From Bdellovibrionales bacterium (GTDB taxonomy: Bacteria > Bdellovibrionota > Bdellovibrionia > Bdellovibrionales > UBA1609), in assembly GCA_965261545.1 (NCBI GenBank), contig CBDHDF010000011.1, positions 416,001 to 480,000 of the forward strand: a DNA stretch of 64,000 nt, read 5' to 3'. Shown piece by piece: positions 10,018 to 20,408 of this stretch. The notes under the pieces are model-generated. The model was not told the origin of the DNA. It ran no database searches and worked only from the letters and a program-made list of their open reading frames with translations. The stretch's first letter is position 1; every line of letters starts with the position of its first letter. The position numbers were made by a program, and so were the translations under genes.

Positions 10018-10839
10018 TTACTTCAAGGCCCATCGGTTACTTTTGAAATCTGTAACCTCCACATGTTCAGGCGAGGAAAGGATATCATCAAATTGGCAGT
10101 AGAATACTCTGGAAACCTCACTGGTAAAAATTTCCTTTTCTATGCCTCGAATAGATTTTTCAATGGATTTATTCTTGCAAACATAAAGAATCGCTCGAAT
10201 GTCACTTAGTTGCAAATACTCAGATAATTTATCCCGAATCCTCCTTTTAGACTTCACGGTTGATTCATACTCCAGGGCTAATTTAAAGGTCTCATCTTTG
10301 ATCTTAACCTTAAAAGCACCATCAGAATGAATTTGGGTAAAAGACATATAGTCGCTAGAATTTGCCACTTCTTCACAGCATTGAAGAATATTTTCTTGTA
10401 TGAAATCTGTCACCAACTGTCTTCTACTTAGCCATTCCCCAACTTCTAAAAGTTCAATGTCGTGAATGGGATGGTTACTTTTCTTTTGCTTTTGGCATAA
10501 TGTATAGGGTAGCTCTTGTTTGACTTGATGGAGGGCCTTGTTTGTGATTGAGTAATAACAACGCCAATCATCATAATGGTCCATGAAGTATCTGAGTAAA
10601 TACTCTCCCCTGACCAGGCTGGATAAACGTAATCCACAGGCTTGGTAACTGGCACCTTGAAAGGGATATTTTGCCAGTTGCCTGAGGGTCCCCACCTTGT
10701 ATTTAAAGAGAAAGAGAAATAACTCTATATCTCTTTGGGTCAGTCTTATAGCACAGGGTTTTCTTTTTAAAGACCGACGAGTCTTGCTTGTTACTTCATT
10801 GACACCATCGCCATGACCACGATATGGTTTGCTGCTCAC
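10018..10839 (-). CDS. Replication-relaxation (Replic_Relax / MOBC-like) relaxase
   Basis: N-terminal LTQRD wHTH; HDI motif; D-x16-EYE-STVK-SKRR matches the MOBC-type D..ExE..K...R pattern; coupled to the FtsK gene. Confidence 0.8.
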   Translation of the reverse strand: MSSKPYRGHGDGVNEVTSKTRRSLKRKPCAIRLTQRDIELFLFLFKYKVGTLRQLAKYPFQGASYQACGLRLSSLVRGEYLLRYFMDHYDDWRCYYSITNKALHQVKQELPYTLCQKQKKSNHPIHDIELLEVGEWLSRRQLVTDFIQENILQCCEEVANSSDYMSFTQIHSDGAFKVKIKDETFKLALEYESTVKSKRRIRDKLSEYLQLSDIRAILYVCKNKSIEKSIRGIEKEIFTSEVSRVFYCQFDDILSSPEHVEVTDFKSNRWALK

Positions 10840-12335
10840 AGAAGGCTCCCTTCTAAGGACTGCGAAAGGTTATCACTGACTTGATCTTTATCCTCATTCA
10901 CCTCCACCATGGGTTGAAAGTTAAGATTCTTTTGGCCCTCGTATTTTTCCTTAAGAAAAGATATTTTCTCTTTGAGGTCTTCATCGGAAATCAAAGGGGA
11001 CTGAATTTCTATAAATTGATTCCCCGTAGCCCAAATGCCACGGCCCTTAATATCAGGCAAACGAAAGGCCATGTTGTTGCCAATGGCACGCATGGAGTTT
11101 TCAAGGGTGTTGACACGAAAGCACAGACGTCCTCCGATGTTTTCTTGAACCTTGGGGTCCATGGTGTCTTTGTTGATTTTCTGGGTGGCAAAAATCAAAT
11201 GGATGCCAGCCGCACGGGCCAACTTGGCCAGTTCATCGGTCAATTCCCTGGCTTGAAGGATGAGGTCTTTCTTTGAGTTTTGGACAGAAACCTTGGTGTA
11301 AAGCTCACTGGCCTCATCAATACCTATAATAATCTTATCGAGTTTATCCCTTTGGGAGACAATGCTCTTATGCCCTTTCTCTTCTAAAATGGTAAAACGT
11401 CGTTTCATTTCATCCCTCACCTTTTTCAATATACTCACGGCTTCGGATTCACTTTTCACCACCCTGACATTAGGAAGGTCCCCAAACTCCTTCATTTCCA
11501 CCCCACCTTTGAGGTCTAAGAGGTACATTTGAATATAATCTGAGCTATGGAGAAGCCCCAAAAGGGCTTGTTTGAAAAAAACACTCTTCCCACCCCCCGT
11601 GGAACCTGCAATCAACATATGGGGCAAAGTGCTAATATCCACTGTGATAATGCCACCCAAAGATTCTCCAATGACAAGGGAGTAGGGCTTTTTTAAGTGT
11701 CCTATGAGGGGAGCCCACTCCACCTTTTGGGGAAGGATTTTTGTTGTCAGAAGTATTTCCACAAACTGGGGGGAACTTCCCAAGTGGATGGACTCAATGA
11801 TGGAGTTAAAGGATGAGGCAAGTTGATTTTGCTTCTGGGTGTATGTCTCAAGCCCCACTCCCTTGCTCAATAATGTAAGCTTTGTTTTGAAGTGATCCAA
11901 TCTTTCAATGGCTACCACCTTTGGGGCTGTACCATGACCTGATTTGATGTGGACTTCATCCAATTGTTTTTGGAGCTTCTTCTTTTGATAATAAGGACCT
12001 AGACCAAGAAGAATTAGAATAACAAAGCCTGAGAATATAGCCACCAGAACATAATGATGTAGCCAAGAAGGTGTTATCAAAAGAACACATAGTCCCTCAG
12101 TAAAGATATGGGGTGCTATTTTATGGGCCACAAAGATATAGTAGTGTTTGTAAGTAATACCAAAGACGAACCCCAAAAAGGAAGGGGCATAAACCTTAAA
12201 CTCAATGGATCTAAAGTCAATCCTTCTGACCCCATGGAAGGCAATATGGCACAATATCCATGACGCCTTTCCGAGTTCAATAATAACTCTCTCTATGCTC
12301 TCTGCTAATTTTTGATAATTATCGTTTTTACTCAT
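10836..12335 (-). CDS. FtsK/SpoIIIE-family ATPase, probable coupling protein
   Basis: N-terminal TMs; PHMLIAGSTGGGKS, LLDLKGGVE, IGIDEASEL, ARAAGIHLIFATQK. Confidence 0.88.
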   Translation of the reverse strand: MSKNDNYQKLAESIERVIIELGKASWILCHIAFHGVRRIDFRSIEFKVYAPSFLGFVFGITYKHYYIFVAHKIAPHIFTEGLCVLLITPSWLHHYVLVAIFSGFVILILLGLGPYYQKKKLQKQLDEVHIKSGHGTAPKVVAIERLDHFKTKLTLLSKGVGLETYTQKQNQLASSFNSIIESIHLGSSPQFVEILLTTKILPQKVEWAPLIGHLKKPYSLVIGESLGGIITVDISTLPHMLIAGSTGGGKSVFFKQALLGLLHSSDYIQMYLLDLKGGVEMKEFGDLPNVRVVKSESEAVSILKKVRDEMKRRFTILEEKGHKSIVSQRDKLDKIIIGIDEASELYTKVSVQNSKKDLILQARELTDELAKLARAAGIHLIFATQKINKDTMDPKVQENIGGRLCFRVNTLENSMRAIGNNMAFRLPDIKGRGIWATGNQFIEIQSPLISDEDLKEKISFLKEKYEGQKNLNFQPMVEVNEDKDQVSDNLSQSLEGSLL

Positions 12336-13656
12336 GCAAAAAATCTCCTTTCATGGGAGCGGTAAGGCTCACCACAAGATTTGTTTCTATTGGAATAGTG
12401 ACATAAGGAACCAAGTGATTTAGTTCCGATGCCTGACGTTGAGACTCCATATCCGCCACCTTAGAGGCTCCGTGGTAAAAAGCATTTTTTAGGGTGGCTT
12501 TTGGAGTGATGGATACAGAACTAGGACTAGAGCCAGAACCAGAACCAAATTTAGATCTTCCAAGAGCCTCCTTTTGAGTCAAAGTTTCGGTCATGCCCGC
12601 AACCATGCTGAGTCCTAGAATGGAAGCCATTTTCCCACCTCGGCGACTGTGGTATTTTCCAGAAAGGCCCGGTCGATGACTCCTAGGAGCCAGTGCTTCG
12701 GCCTGCAAACCAAACTCATTTCCATTGGGAAGAACACCCTTTGAGAAATGAATAAAAACTTTTTTCCCTTTCCCTGGATAGCGAATGCTGCCTATAAGAA
12801 TCGTCTCTTTGGGAAGTTGCCCCCGATCTCGTTCCTTAAACCTTCCGCCCTTGGGAAGTCTCACCCTCACCCATGCACCCTCTTGTCGGGTATCAATGGC
12901 ACTGAGTAATTGGCCCTCAAAATAAGTGCCTGTGGGTAGTGCCAATGATTCGTGGTCTTCTTCCCGTACAATGACTTGTGGGGCTTTGTACTTAATGGGT
13001 GAAGCCTGGGAAAAAGCCACTCTCTGACTTCTTCCATTTCCTTGATTTTGGTCTCGTTGGTAACTTCGGCGTCTTTGGTTTCTATACCTTTGGTTTTGGT
13101 GTCTTTGACTGTCATGCCCCTCATGTTCTTCATGCCCTTTATATCTATATCTTTCATATTTTTGATTTTCATGACCTTGACTTTCATGCATTTTACCTCC
13201 ATGGTTCCCTTGGAACCCATGGCGTTTATGGGCTTCCTGGGTCTCATCGGAATGACTTGCACTTATGTCAGAAATTCCACCTAACAAAGGGGGCTGCTTT
13301 TTCCTTGTGTGGGAACCTGCTTGCCTTTCTTGGGATATCCCCCATGAGCCTTCGTGAGTTTCATCCCCTTGAGGGAGAAGCCCTAGGGATTGATTGTCTT
13401 GAAGTTGACTTCCTGGCAGTTGACTCCCTTGGAAAGGGCTTCCTCGGAGTTCTCTCCTAATAAAACTGCTGTCGTGAGAATCTAACATAGCTATAAAAAT
13501 AAGAACTATGGCGGATGAGGGAATTAAAACAAAAAAGAATCTATTGGACTTGATGACGTTCTTGCCAGCTTCCTTAATATAGAAAAAACCCATTGTTTTT
13601 CTTAAAAACTTCTTCAACTTCTTCAAATTTTTCAAAGAAAATGATTCATGACTCAT
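12328..13656 (-). CDS. virB10: TrbI/VirB10-like T4SS core protein
   Basis: Single TM, long low-complexity stalk, C-terminal LPTGTYFEGQLLSAIDT...GLSG...VTIP beta domain. Confidence 0.72.
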   Translation of the reverse strand: MSHESFSLKNLKKLKKFLRKTMGFFYIKEAGKNVIKSNRFFFVLIPSSAIVLIFIAMLDSHDSSFIRRELRGSPFQGSQLPGSQLQDNQSLGLLPQGDETHEGSWGISQERQAGSHTRKKQPPLLGGISDISASHSDETQEAHKRHGFQGNHGGKMHESQGHENQKYERYRYKGHEEHEGHDSQRHQNQRYRNQRRRSYQRDQNQGNGRSQRVAFSQASPIKYKAPQVIVREEDHESLALPTGTYFEGQLLSAIDTRQEGAWVRVRLPKGGRFKERDRGQLPKETILIGSIRYPGKGKKVFIHFSKGVLPNGNEFGLQAEALAPRSHRPGLSGKYHSRRGGKMASILGLSMVAGMTETLTQKEALGRSKFGSGSGSSPSSVSITPKATLKNAFYHGASKVADMESQRQASELNHLVPYVTIPIETNLVVSLTAPMKGDFLHE

Positions 13657-14753
13657 AGGAACCTCTTTTTAATGATGATTCTTCTGGTTTCTTGCTGGTA
13701 TCCCAAGTGGAGGCTAAACCCTTTGTTCTCCATAATTTTAAATATAATGCGGCAGACTTGGGTTTGACCCACAGGAATTTCATGGTTTTCAAAAATGGAT
13801 TCAAATTGAGGTAAAGCCTTACCAGACCTTGTCATCCATAATCGAATGTCAGAGGTCTTAAGAGCCTTTTTTGATATATTCCAGAGTTCAATATCTATGA
13901 AATAAAGACCTTCATGGTTTAAGCTCTCAATATTGGAAATCATCCCAACTATCTTGCGCTTGATGCCTATTCTTAGCCCTCGGTCTGGAGTAGGGCGCTG
14001 GAGCAATGGAGCCGAACCATGGGAAGGAGGAATAGTCCGATGAGAATAGGAAGTAGGCTGATGGGCAGATGAAATAGATTGGCGAGGAGAGGAAATAGAT
14101 TGGTGAGAAGATGAACGCTTCTTTCTTTGATGGATTTTGTTGGTCTTGTTGGTGACTTTCCTCTGACCATTTTTTTGACTTCTTCGGCTCTTTCTATAAA
14201 CTGCATTGCTTCGGGAAGACCTCCATCGAACCTTTACTAAATCATCGTATTTACTCCCTGAGCTTAGCACCCTCAAGATAAACCCGTAGGTATGGTATTT
14301 GCCATAAACAAAGAGATTGGTGCTCATGGGTCCCTGGGGCTGTATCGTGACATCATTGCCAATAAATTCTATTTGAAAATAATTCTGATTCCCAATGACA
14401 ACTTTTTTGGGGCGTTCATGGAAGCGTAAAATCGTGGATTGCCCCATCTTCAAATAAATAGATTTCATTTTTTCATCATTCATCTCAAGAGTTCTGATAG
14501 AGCCAGCCCTTAGAGATGTTCCATAAAAGAGGATAGCAGCACACATTATGTTTATGCTAAAATTTATCACCCTTATTATTGTCCTAGCCGCTTTTACTGA
14601 TATCGTCATCCGTATCGCTCTTGTCATCCTTACTGCGTTTACCATTTCTGTCACTCTGGTCGCCCTAGTCGCCTTTATGGCCACCGCCGAGCTAGCCACC
14701 CTTGTCGCCTTTATCGCTTTTGCCGTTCTTACAACCAACAGTTTCTTGCTCAT
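13653..14753 (-). CDS. TrbG/VirB9/TraK-like T4SS secreted protein
   Basis: Signal peptide; IYLKMGQSTILRF...V.IG...VTIQP...TNLFVY; position next to virB10. Confidence 0.65.
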   Translation of the reverse strand: MSKKLLVVRTAKAIKATRVASSAVAIKATRATRVTEMVNAVRMTRAIRMTISVKAARTIIRVINFSINIMCAAILFYGTSLRAGSIRTLEMNDEKMKSIYLKMGQSTILRFHERPKKVVIGNQNYFQIEFIGNDVTIQPQGPMSTNLFVYGKYHTYGFILRVLSSGSKYDDLVKVRWRSSRSNAVYRKSRRSQKNGQRKVTNKTNKIHQRKKRSSSHQSISSPRQSISSAHQPTSYSHRTIPPSHGSAPLLQRPTPDRGLRIGIKRKIVGMISNIESLNHEGLYFIDIELWNISKKALKTSDIRLWMTRSGKALPQFESIFENHEIPVGQTQVCRIIFKIMENKGFSLHLGYQQETRRIIIKKRFL

Positions 14754-15376
14754 TTACTGACCTCATGGATAGTTTCATGAATGGTAATTCCGTCAACATA
14801 TAAGCCCATGGGATTCCACACTGTGGGGTTGTTCCGAATAATACGAAAAGACAAGCGGGTGGGGGCAATGAGGGGGATATTGTTCACTCTTACAATTCTG
14901 TCAAAAGAAGCTAAGGCTTGGCTTTGGGTCACAATGGGTTTTATATTAGCGACTGTTTGCTCAATTTTCTTGTTGAATTCTTTTTGGGTAAAGTCTTTTT
15001 TTATTTGGTGTCTCATCTTTTGAAGAAGCCCCTTTGTCGTGAGGGGAGAAATATTTTCAAGAGCTGAGATGGGGTTGGAATCACTCCATGTATAGCGAAG
15101 CCTGATATATTCTTCAAGGAAACGGGCAATGTCCTTTTCAGAAAGATGAATCTCTCTTTTCTCGGAGGAGTAAAACCTCTTCTCCTCTCCATTTTGAAGA
15201 ACCACCACCGGAGGGTTGGTGGACAAGTAGAATGAGAAAATTGTGAGTGAAAAACATAGGAGTCCCAATAAAACTCCCATGAGCTTGTAGAGGTAGAGCA
15301 CCTTGTTGAGGGCCACCCATTGGTTTGAGGGTTGAGTACGATTTTTTGTCACTGTTTTAATCATGGTCTTTGTCAT
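14750..15376 (-). CDS. VirB8-like inner-membrane T4SS protein
   Basis: Single TM, F...YIRLRY.W, terminal NPMGLYVDGI (VirB8-type NPxG motif). Confidence 0.72.
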   Translation of the reverse strand: MTKTMIKTVTKNRTQPSNQWVALNKVLYLYKLMGVLLGLLCFSLTIFSFYLSTNPPVVVLQNGEEKRFYSSEKREIHLSEKDIARFLEEYIRLRYTWSDSNPISALENISPLTTKGLLQKMRHQIKKDFTQKEFNKKIEQTVANIKPIVTQSQALASFDRIVRVNNIPLIAPTRLSFRIIRNNPTVWNPMGLYVDGITIHETIHEVSK

Positions 15377-16640
15377 GTTTTTCTCCTTCTTCCAAACTTG
15401 AATGGATATCCTTAGACGTTGATTTAAAATCTGATTTAGAATTTGACTCAGAGCTTGGCTTAGAGTCTGATCTAGAGTCTGGCTTAGGAGTTGATTTGGC
15501 AGTATTTTTAGGAGCCACTTTGGAAGTTTCCAGTGAAGTTTGATGCCTCCATATATTTCTTATGGGCGATAGCCATCGACTTTCTCCAAACTTGGCTGGT
15601 TTCCATGGTGAACCCGTGGACAATTCTTCGGATAACTCTTTGGTTGGCCTCAATGAGTCTTTGGAATCTCTTAATTCTGCGCCGATGCCCATATGTGAGC
15701 CGCCGAAACCTGTGACTGCGGTGAAAGTTCTAGCTGCTTTGGTCGATCGAATCGCCCTTGTCGGTCTAGTCAGTTGCCCCATTGAGCCCATGAGTGAGGA
15801 GGAGCCAGCAGGTGGTGGTGTCTCTGTGTTCGTAGATGATCCACCTAGAGTTCTTGCAAGAGCCCCTCGACCTTTTCGACTTAAGATTCCTTTCAGAGTT
15901 CCACTTAAAGCAATGGCTGGAGCCAGTGCTAAGGCGGATGCTGTTTTGGAGAGTCCGTCATTGATAAGAGACCTTGTGGTCAGAGGAGTAAACAACATGG
16001 ACAAACCAATGCAAAGGTTCATCATAATGGTGTATAAGAAGTTTTCCATATCTACCACTTGGGGATTAGTGGCTATTTTTAGAAGTATCACACCGAGGAT
16101 GGACCACATGATTTTCCATAAAACCACATTGATGAGCCCCTTGTAGAGATTCATTGCTATAAATGCAGTGTTTGCTGAAACATACATGAGTATCATTAAG
16201 GGAGAGCAGACATAAAGAACATGCCAAACAAATTGAACAAGGATATTGGCAATAAAAATACCTGCGTAAGCCACAACATAGGAGATCACACACAGGATGA
16301 ATACAATGCTTTCTCGTAGCTTGAGCCAACTCACTTCCATTTTCTGATAATTGGTTTCTAGGTGAACCAATAGATCCTTTAATTGGCCCATGGCATGTAT
16401 TTTCTGAGCAATTCCATCACCCAAGAAAGCAATTGTATTGAGACATTCTTCAAATGAAATAAGCATAATTATGGAGATCACAACCCTTTTTAGAATTTCA
16501 TGGACATTGGGGTTTTGTGATGGAATTTTAAAGAATTCTAAAATAATGGCTAAGAGGGTAAATGGAACCAAGAGAAGCCAGTAAAGCTCTCTTATATTCC
16601 CATGGATTTCTTGGCACACCTCGGATAAACCTTCAAACAC
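15357..16640 (-). CDS. VirB6/TrbL-like polytopic membrane protein
   Basis: Several TM helices, a Ser/Lys-rich tail and T4SS operon position. Confidence 0.7.
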   Translation of the reverse strand: MFEGLSEVCQEIHGNIRELYWLLLVPFTLLAIILEFFKIPSQNPNVHEILKRVVISIIMLISFEECLNTIAFLGDGIAQKIHAMGQLKDLLVHLETNYQKMEVSWLKLRESIVFILCVISYVVAYAGIFIANILVQFVWHVLYVCSPLMILMYVSANTAFIAMNLYKGLINVVLWKIMWSILGVILLKIATNPQVVDMENFLYTIMMNLCIGLSMLFTPLTTRSLINDGLSKTASALALAPAIALSGTLKGILSRKGRGALARTLGGSSTNTETPPPAGSSSLMGSMGQLTRPTRAIRSTKAARTFTAVTGFGGSHMGIGAELRDSKDSLRPTKELSEELSTGSPWKPAKFGESRWLSPIRNIWRHQTSLETSKVAPKNTAKSTPKPDSRSDSKPSSESNSKSDFKSTSKDIHSSLEEGEKHDKDHD

Positions 16641-17368
16641 TATTTAAACCTCCGTAGTGAGAAATCAGGTTTGAGAGACTTCAAACCATTTTTCATATCT
16701 TTGTTAAATCTATTGAAAGCAACAACGCTATCTTTTCCGTACTTATTCGTCATGGCGAGATATTCACCTTGGAGTTTGAGTATCTGATTAAGAGTGTGTA
16801 AAATCTTGGCATTGCTTTCGGCCGTCATGCGCATGGCCCCCTTGGGTGAGGCCCCTCGGCTTTGCATGGAAATAATTTTTGAATTTTCCTCTTGCCTTTG
16901 GGCGTATGGCCCAATAAGCCCCACCATTTTAATGCTTTCGGCGACACTTTGGTCATGGAGCATCTGCATGGTGGATTCCATGCTGCGTGGAACTTCACCA
17001 TAGACCTTTACAATGGACTTATAGGCTCTATTAAAATCTTTCAGTCCACTTAAGATTTTGGCATCTTTGATGGGGAGTGAATGAAGCAGACCCACGGAAT
17101 TCTCTAGCCCCTCATTGATCAGTCTTAAATAGTTGTCCTTATTTTTCTCAGTTTCGAGAATCACTCTTAGTTGCTCATATCTTTTCATATTTTCTGAAAG
17201 AATGTTCGCCAAGTAGGGAACCTGTGCCCATCCAGCACCTGCATCGCCTAAGAAAGCATGGGAGCATGGAACTGCAAAGAGATGAATCCCTATGGAAAGA
17301 AGAATGGCTTTTCGGATAAAGTCTCTTGTTTGTCGGATAAAATGTCTTATTCTATTGAGTGGTTCTAT
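16640..17368 (-). CDS. VirB5/TrbJ-like protein; frame extends upstream of the listed TTG to a probable ATA start
   Basis: Frame is open 52 codons upstream of 17212 and encodes a signal peptide (ILLSIGIHLFAVPCSHA); AAGGAGG precedes ATA at 17368. Confidence 0.6.
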   Translation of the reverse strand: MEPLNRIRHFIRQTRDFIRKAILLSIGIHLFAVPCSHAFLGDAGAGWAQVPYLANILSENMKRYEQLRVILETEKNKDNYLRLINEGLENSVGLLHSLPIKDAKILSGLKDFNRAYKSIVKVYGEVPRSMESTMQMLHDQSVAESIKMVGLIGPYAQRQEENSKIISMQSRGASPKGAMRMTAESNAKILHTLNQILKLQGEYLAMTNKYGKDSVVAFNRFNKDMKNGLKSLKPDFSLRRFK

Positions 17369-20100
17369 GGGGCCTCCTTTTTGCCTTCAAAGGCAATTTT
17401 TTTAAGAATTTCTAACTTTGGTAGTTTTGGATATTTTCTTGCCATGGCTTCAATGGCAGCCTTATCAAAACCATCTGTGGTGCATATCCAGTAGCTCAAA
17501 GGGTCTGGGGTGAGCCGAATGACAGCCTTATTTTCATCTTGCATAAAAAAGAACTCACTGAAACTCCCCTTTTCAAGGGAAAGGCTTTTGATGACTTCCA
17601 CTTCGTCGTTGTTAAAGTCCATGACCTCTTGGAAATCCTTCCAGTCTATTTTCTTTTGGCGGAGAATAAAGACACTTGCTGTATTGGGAAAAATGGCATT
17701 TTTGATTTCTTGGCTAGAGAGAAAATCCTTGTAGTTTTGGCTAATACACCAAATGCCTCCATTGAACTTCCTAAAGGTGCGGTAGGCTTCCATGGCAAAG
17801 CTGAGGCCACTGGGTGTTTCAAAGAGTTTCCATGCCTCGTCGATAATGAGAAGGTAGGGAGTGGAGAGGTCACGGGCAGCTTCACTCTTTATAAAATCTG
17901 TAAAGAGGAGCAAGAAAACGTTTTGTAAATCGGGGTAGGCGTCAAGCCCCTTCGTCTCAATAGTGATAAGGTCTTTAGTGAGCTTCACATTGCTGGGACC
18001 ATCCAGCATTTGACCGTAGGCGGTGTTTCCCGTCCAAGAGTAAAGAGTTTGAGCAAAGTTTCTCATCTCTAAGACTTCATGTTCAGAGAGGACTTTTCTC
18101 AAATCTGATAAAATGGGCATTCGACCCTTGGTTTGTTCATTGTTGGCTTGCTTATGGATTTGCTCACTGGCCTGCCCATGATTTTCTTGTTCATTGTTGG
18201 TTCGCTTATTGGTTTGCTCATTGACCTGCTCACTGTTTGCTTGCTCATAGGTTTTAAAGATAGCCTCTTCGAGAAGGGCTTTTTCTCTCTTGGGAAGCCC
18301 TCTTTTTTCCTCATCCTTCAGGATGGACTCCAGCACAGCCAAGATCAGCTTCACCTTTGATGTTGTGGGCGTGGTTTGAGTCGTAGGGGTGGTCTGGTCT
18401 TCTGACGAAAGATCAAACATATTGAGCCTTATCTTTGAGTCTATGTTGAGGTTGATAAACTCACCCCCGTGGACTTCAAGCAGCCTTTGGGAAGAAGCCC
18501 CGTTGTCCACCCAAATGATTTTGGGTCTTGGAGTTTGGGTGCAAAATTGCAACATCATTTGAGAAATAGTAAAGCTCTTGCCCACGCCAGAGCCGCCAAA
18601 GATGAGGGCGTTCCAGTTGGTAAGCTCTTTGGCAAAGGGGTCCATGGAAAACAAAACTCCATATCTATTTGGAAACAAGCACACGGGTTTGCTGTGCCCC
18701 CTCCAATAGGAATAAAGGGGCATCAAGTGGGCGACATTGGAGCTTTTCATTTTTTTGGGTCTGAGCCCATGAGTGCTTCCGGGAAAAGTCATGGAAAAAG
18801 CTTCAAAACCTGGCAAGGTCTCCACCACCCCCTCAGATTGATTCATTCGCTTAAAGGCACTCAGTACCTCATCTGCTTTTTCTGTTAGCTCCTCTCTTCC
18901 CTTGCCCCAAATAATCACATTGAGATCTGTGGAGACGAGTTTTTCTGAACCCTCAAGCAGCTCTCTCATTAAATCCTCAATCTGATAGAGCTTGGACTCA
19001 GATTCTAGGTCACTGATATTTTGCGGACTTGAGGTCATGGAGTGGGCAAGCCTTCTTTGCACTTTTAACTTCTCAACCTCTGACTTTTGCCTGTGAATCT
19101 GGATATTTTGCAAAAGCCAAAAGTGGAAGGGTAGGCTTGTGAGATGATGGATCATGGCCGCATGGGTTTCTTCTTCGGGAAGGGTCTTCATTGTGATAAC
19201 TTGAAAGAAGTAGTTCCCACACTTTATACAATCCTCATAGATGCCTATATCCGTAAAGAGGATTTGGTGGGCAAGGCTTGGGGCAAAAAGGTCGTAAAAC
19301 TCTGACAAAGGCTCATGGAGGCCAAATTTTGACGAAGGGGGCTCAAGTTCCCCAAGTTCTAGTGAAGGCTCAAATTCCCCAATCCCTGACGAAGGCTCAA
19401 AGTCTTCAAGTTCCTCAATATCTGCTGGGGACTCAGTATCACCAAGATCAGAGAGACCAGAAAAGTCACCAAGGTCAGCAAGTCCGCCATGCTCCTTCCA
19501 ATGGGGAGGGCCAACCTTCTCACTGCGAGAGAGATTGAAGTATTCAAACAACAGGCCGGCCCACTGTGAACTCTCAAGTTCTACAGGGGCAAGTCCTCCA
19601 TCCTTGAGTAAAAAGAAAAGTTGCCTGCGGTTTCTTTCAAAGGTTTTCTTGTGTTCATCGTACTCTTGCTTGGAAGACTGCTGAAATTTCTCTTGAGATT
19701 TCCAAAATCCTTGGCGTTTATACTTAAGGGGCTCTCCCCGAAGAAACAAGTAAGTTTCTGGCAAGAAATACTCGCCTTGGTGCTTGTTCAAGAAATCAAT
19801 TCTTGCCTGCACTATCTCTTGTTGTGCTTTATTTGAGGTCACCGAGATTTTTTCATGCTCTTTGATGGTTTCAGAGACATGGGGAGTTAACCTGTAAAAG
19901 ACCTGGAGAGATAGACCTTCAGGAATGGAAGTCAGAAGGCTCCCCATCCTTCTATTAAAGTTGTTGACGCTCTCGGTGGAAGTGCAACTTATATCCATGC
20001 CATTGAGTTTAAATCCTGCCCCTAGGGAGCCATCGGAAAAAACCATGAGATTTTCATCAAAGTGCCAAATGGGTAGTTTATCTGCGAGAGCGTGAGTCAT
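17365..20100 (-). CDS. virB4: VirB4/TraC conjugative ATPase
   Basis: NALIFGGSGVGKSF Walker A, LIIDEAWKL Walker B, RTFRKFNGGIWCISQ. Confidence 0.92.
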   Translation of the reverse strand: MTHALADKLPIWHFDENLMVFSDGSLGAGFKLNGMDISCTSTESVNNFNRRMGSLLTSIPEGLSLQVFYRLTPHVSETIKEHEKISVTSNKAQQEIVQARIDFLNKHQGEYFLPETYLFLRGEPLKYKRQGFWKSQEKFQQSSKQEYDEHKKTFERNRRQLFFLLKDGGLAPVELESSQWAGLLFEYFNLSRSEKVGPPHWKEHGGLADLGDFSGLSDLGDTESPADIEELEDFEPSSGIGEFEPSLELGELEPPSSKFGLHEPLSEFYDLFAPSLAHQILFTDIGIYEDCIKCGNYFFQVITMKTLPEEETHAAMIHHLTSLPFHFWLLQNIQIHRQKSEVEKLKVQRRLAHSMTSSPQNISDLESESKLYQIEDLMRELLEGSEKLVSTDLNVIIWGKGREELTEKADEVLSAFKRMNQSEGVVETLPGFEAFSMTFPGSTHGLRPKKMKSSNVAHLMPLYSYWRGHSKPVCLFPNRYGVLFSMDPFAKELTNWNALIFGGSGVGKSFTISQMMLQFCTQTPRPKIIWVDNGASSQRLLEVHGGEFINLNIDSKIRLNMFDLSSEDQTTPTTQTTPTTSKVKLILAVLESILKDEEKRGLPKREKALLEEAIFKTYEQANSEQVNEQTNKRTNNEQENHGQASEQIHKQANNEQTKGRMPILSDLRKVLSEHEVLEMRNFAQTLYSWTGNTAYGQMLDGPSNVKLTKDLITIETKGLDAYPDLQNVFLLLFTDFIKSEAARDLSTPYLLIIDEAWKLFETPSGLSFAMEAYRTFRKFNGGIWCISQNYKDFLSSQEIKNAIFPNTASVFILRQKKIDWKDFQEVMDFNNDEVEVIKSLSLEKGSFSEFFFMQDENKAVIRLTPDPLSYWICTTDGFDKAAIEAMARKYPKLPKLEILKKIAFEGKKEAP

Positions 20101-20408
20101 AGAATCCTCTTTTGTCTTTTGGGTTCAAATTTTCCTACATTGCCAGCACTATAAACCCCTGGAGTCATCTTGTAGGTTAGGAGGTGAAGGAAGTAGTTCT
20201 CAGGCTTATTTCTTTTGACGAAATACAAGACCACAGCCATCATCACGGGTAAAATGAAAACAAGGTAGGTGGCCAAGAAGGTGGAGCCAAAAAATAGATT
20301 CATGGTGGCTGCAAATAGGAGAATAAAAAGAAGATCGTGAGCCTCCATGCCCACAATCTTAAGTTTGGCATCTAGTCTTCGATGAATTCTTGAAGTCTCC
20401 AAAGCCAT
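20097..20408 (-). CDS. VirB3-like membrane protein
   Basis: Two TMs, 103 aa, ATGA overlap with virB4. Confidence 0.65.
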   Translation of the reverse strand: MALETSRIHRRLDAKLKIVGMEAHDLLFILLFAATMNLFFGSTFLATYLVFILPVMMAVVLYFVKRNKPENYFLHLLTYKMTPGVYSAGNVGKFEPKRQKRIL

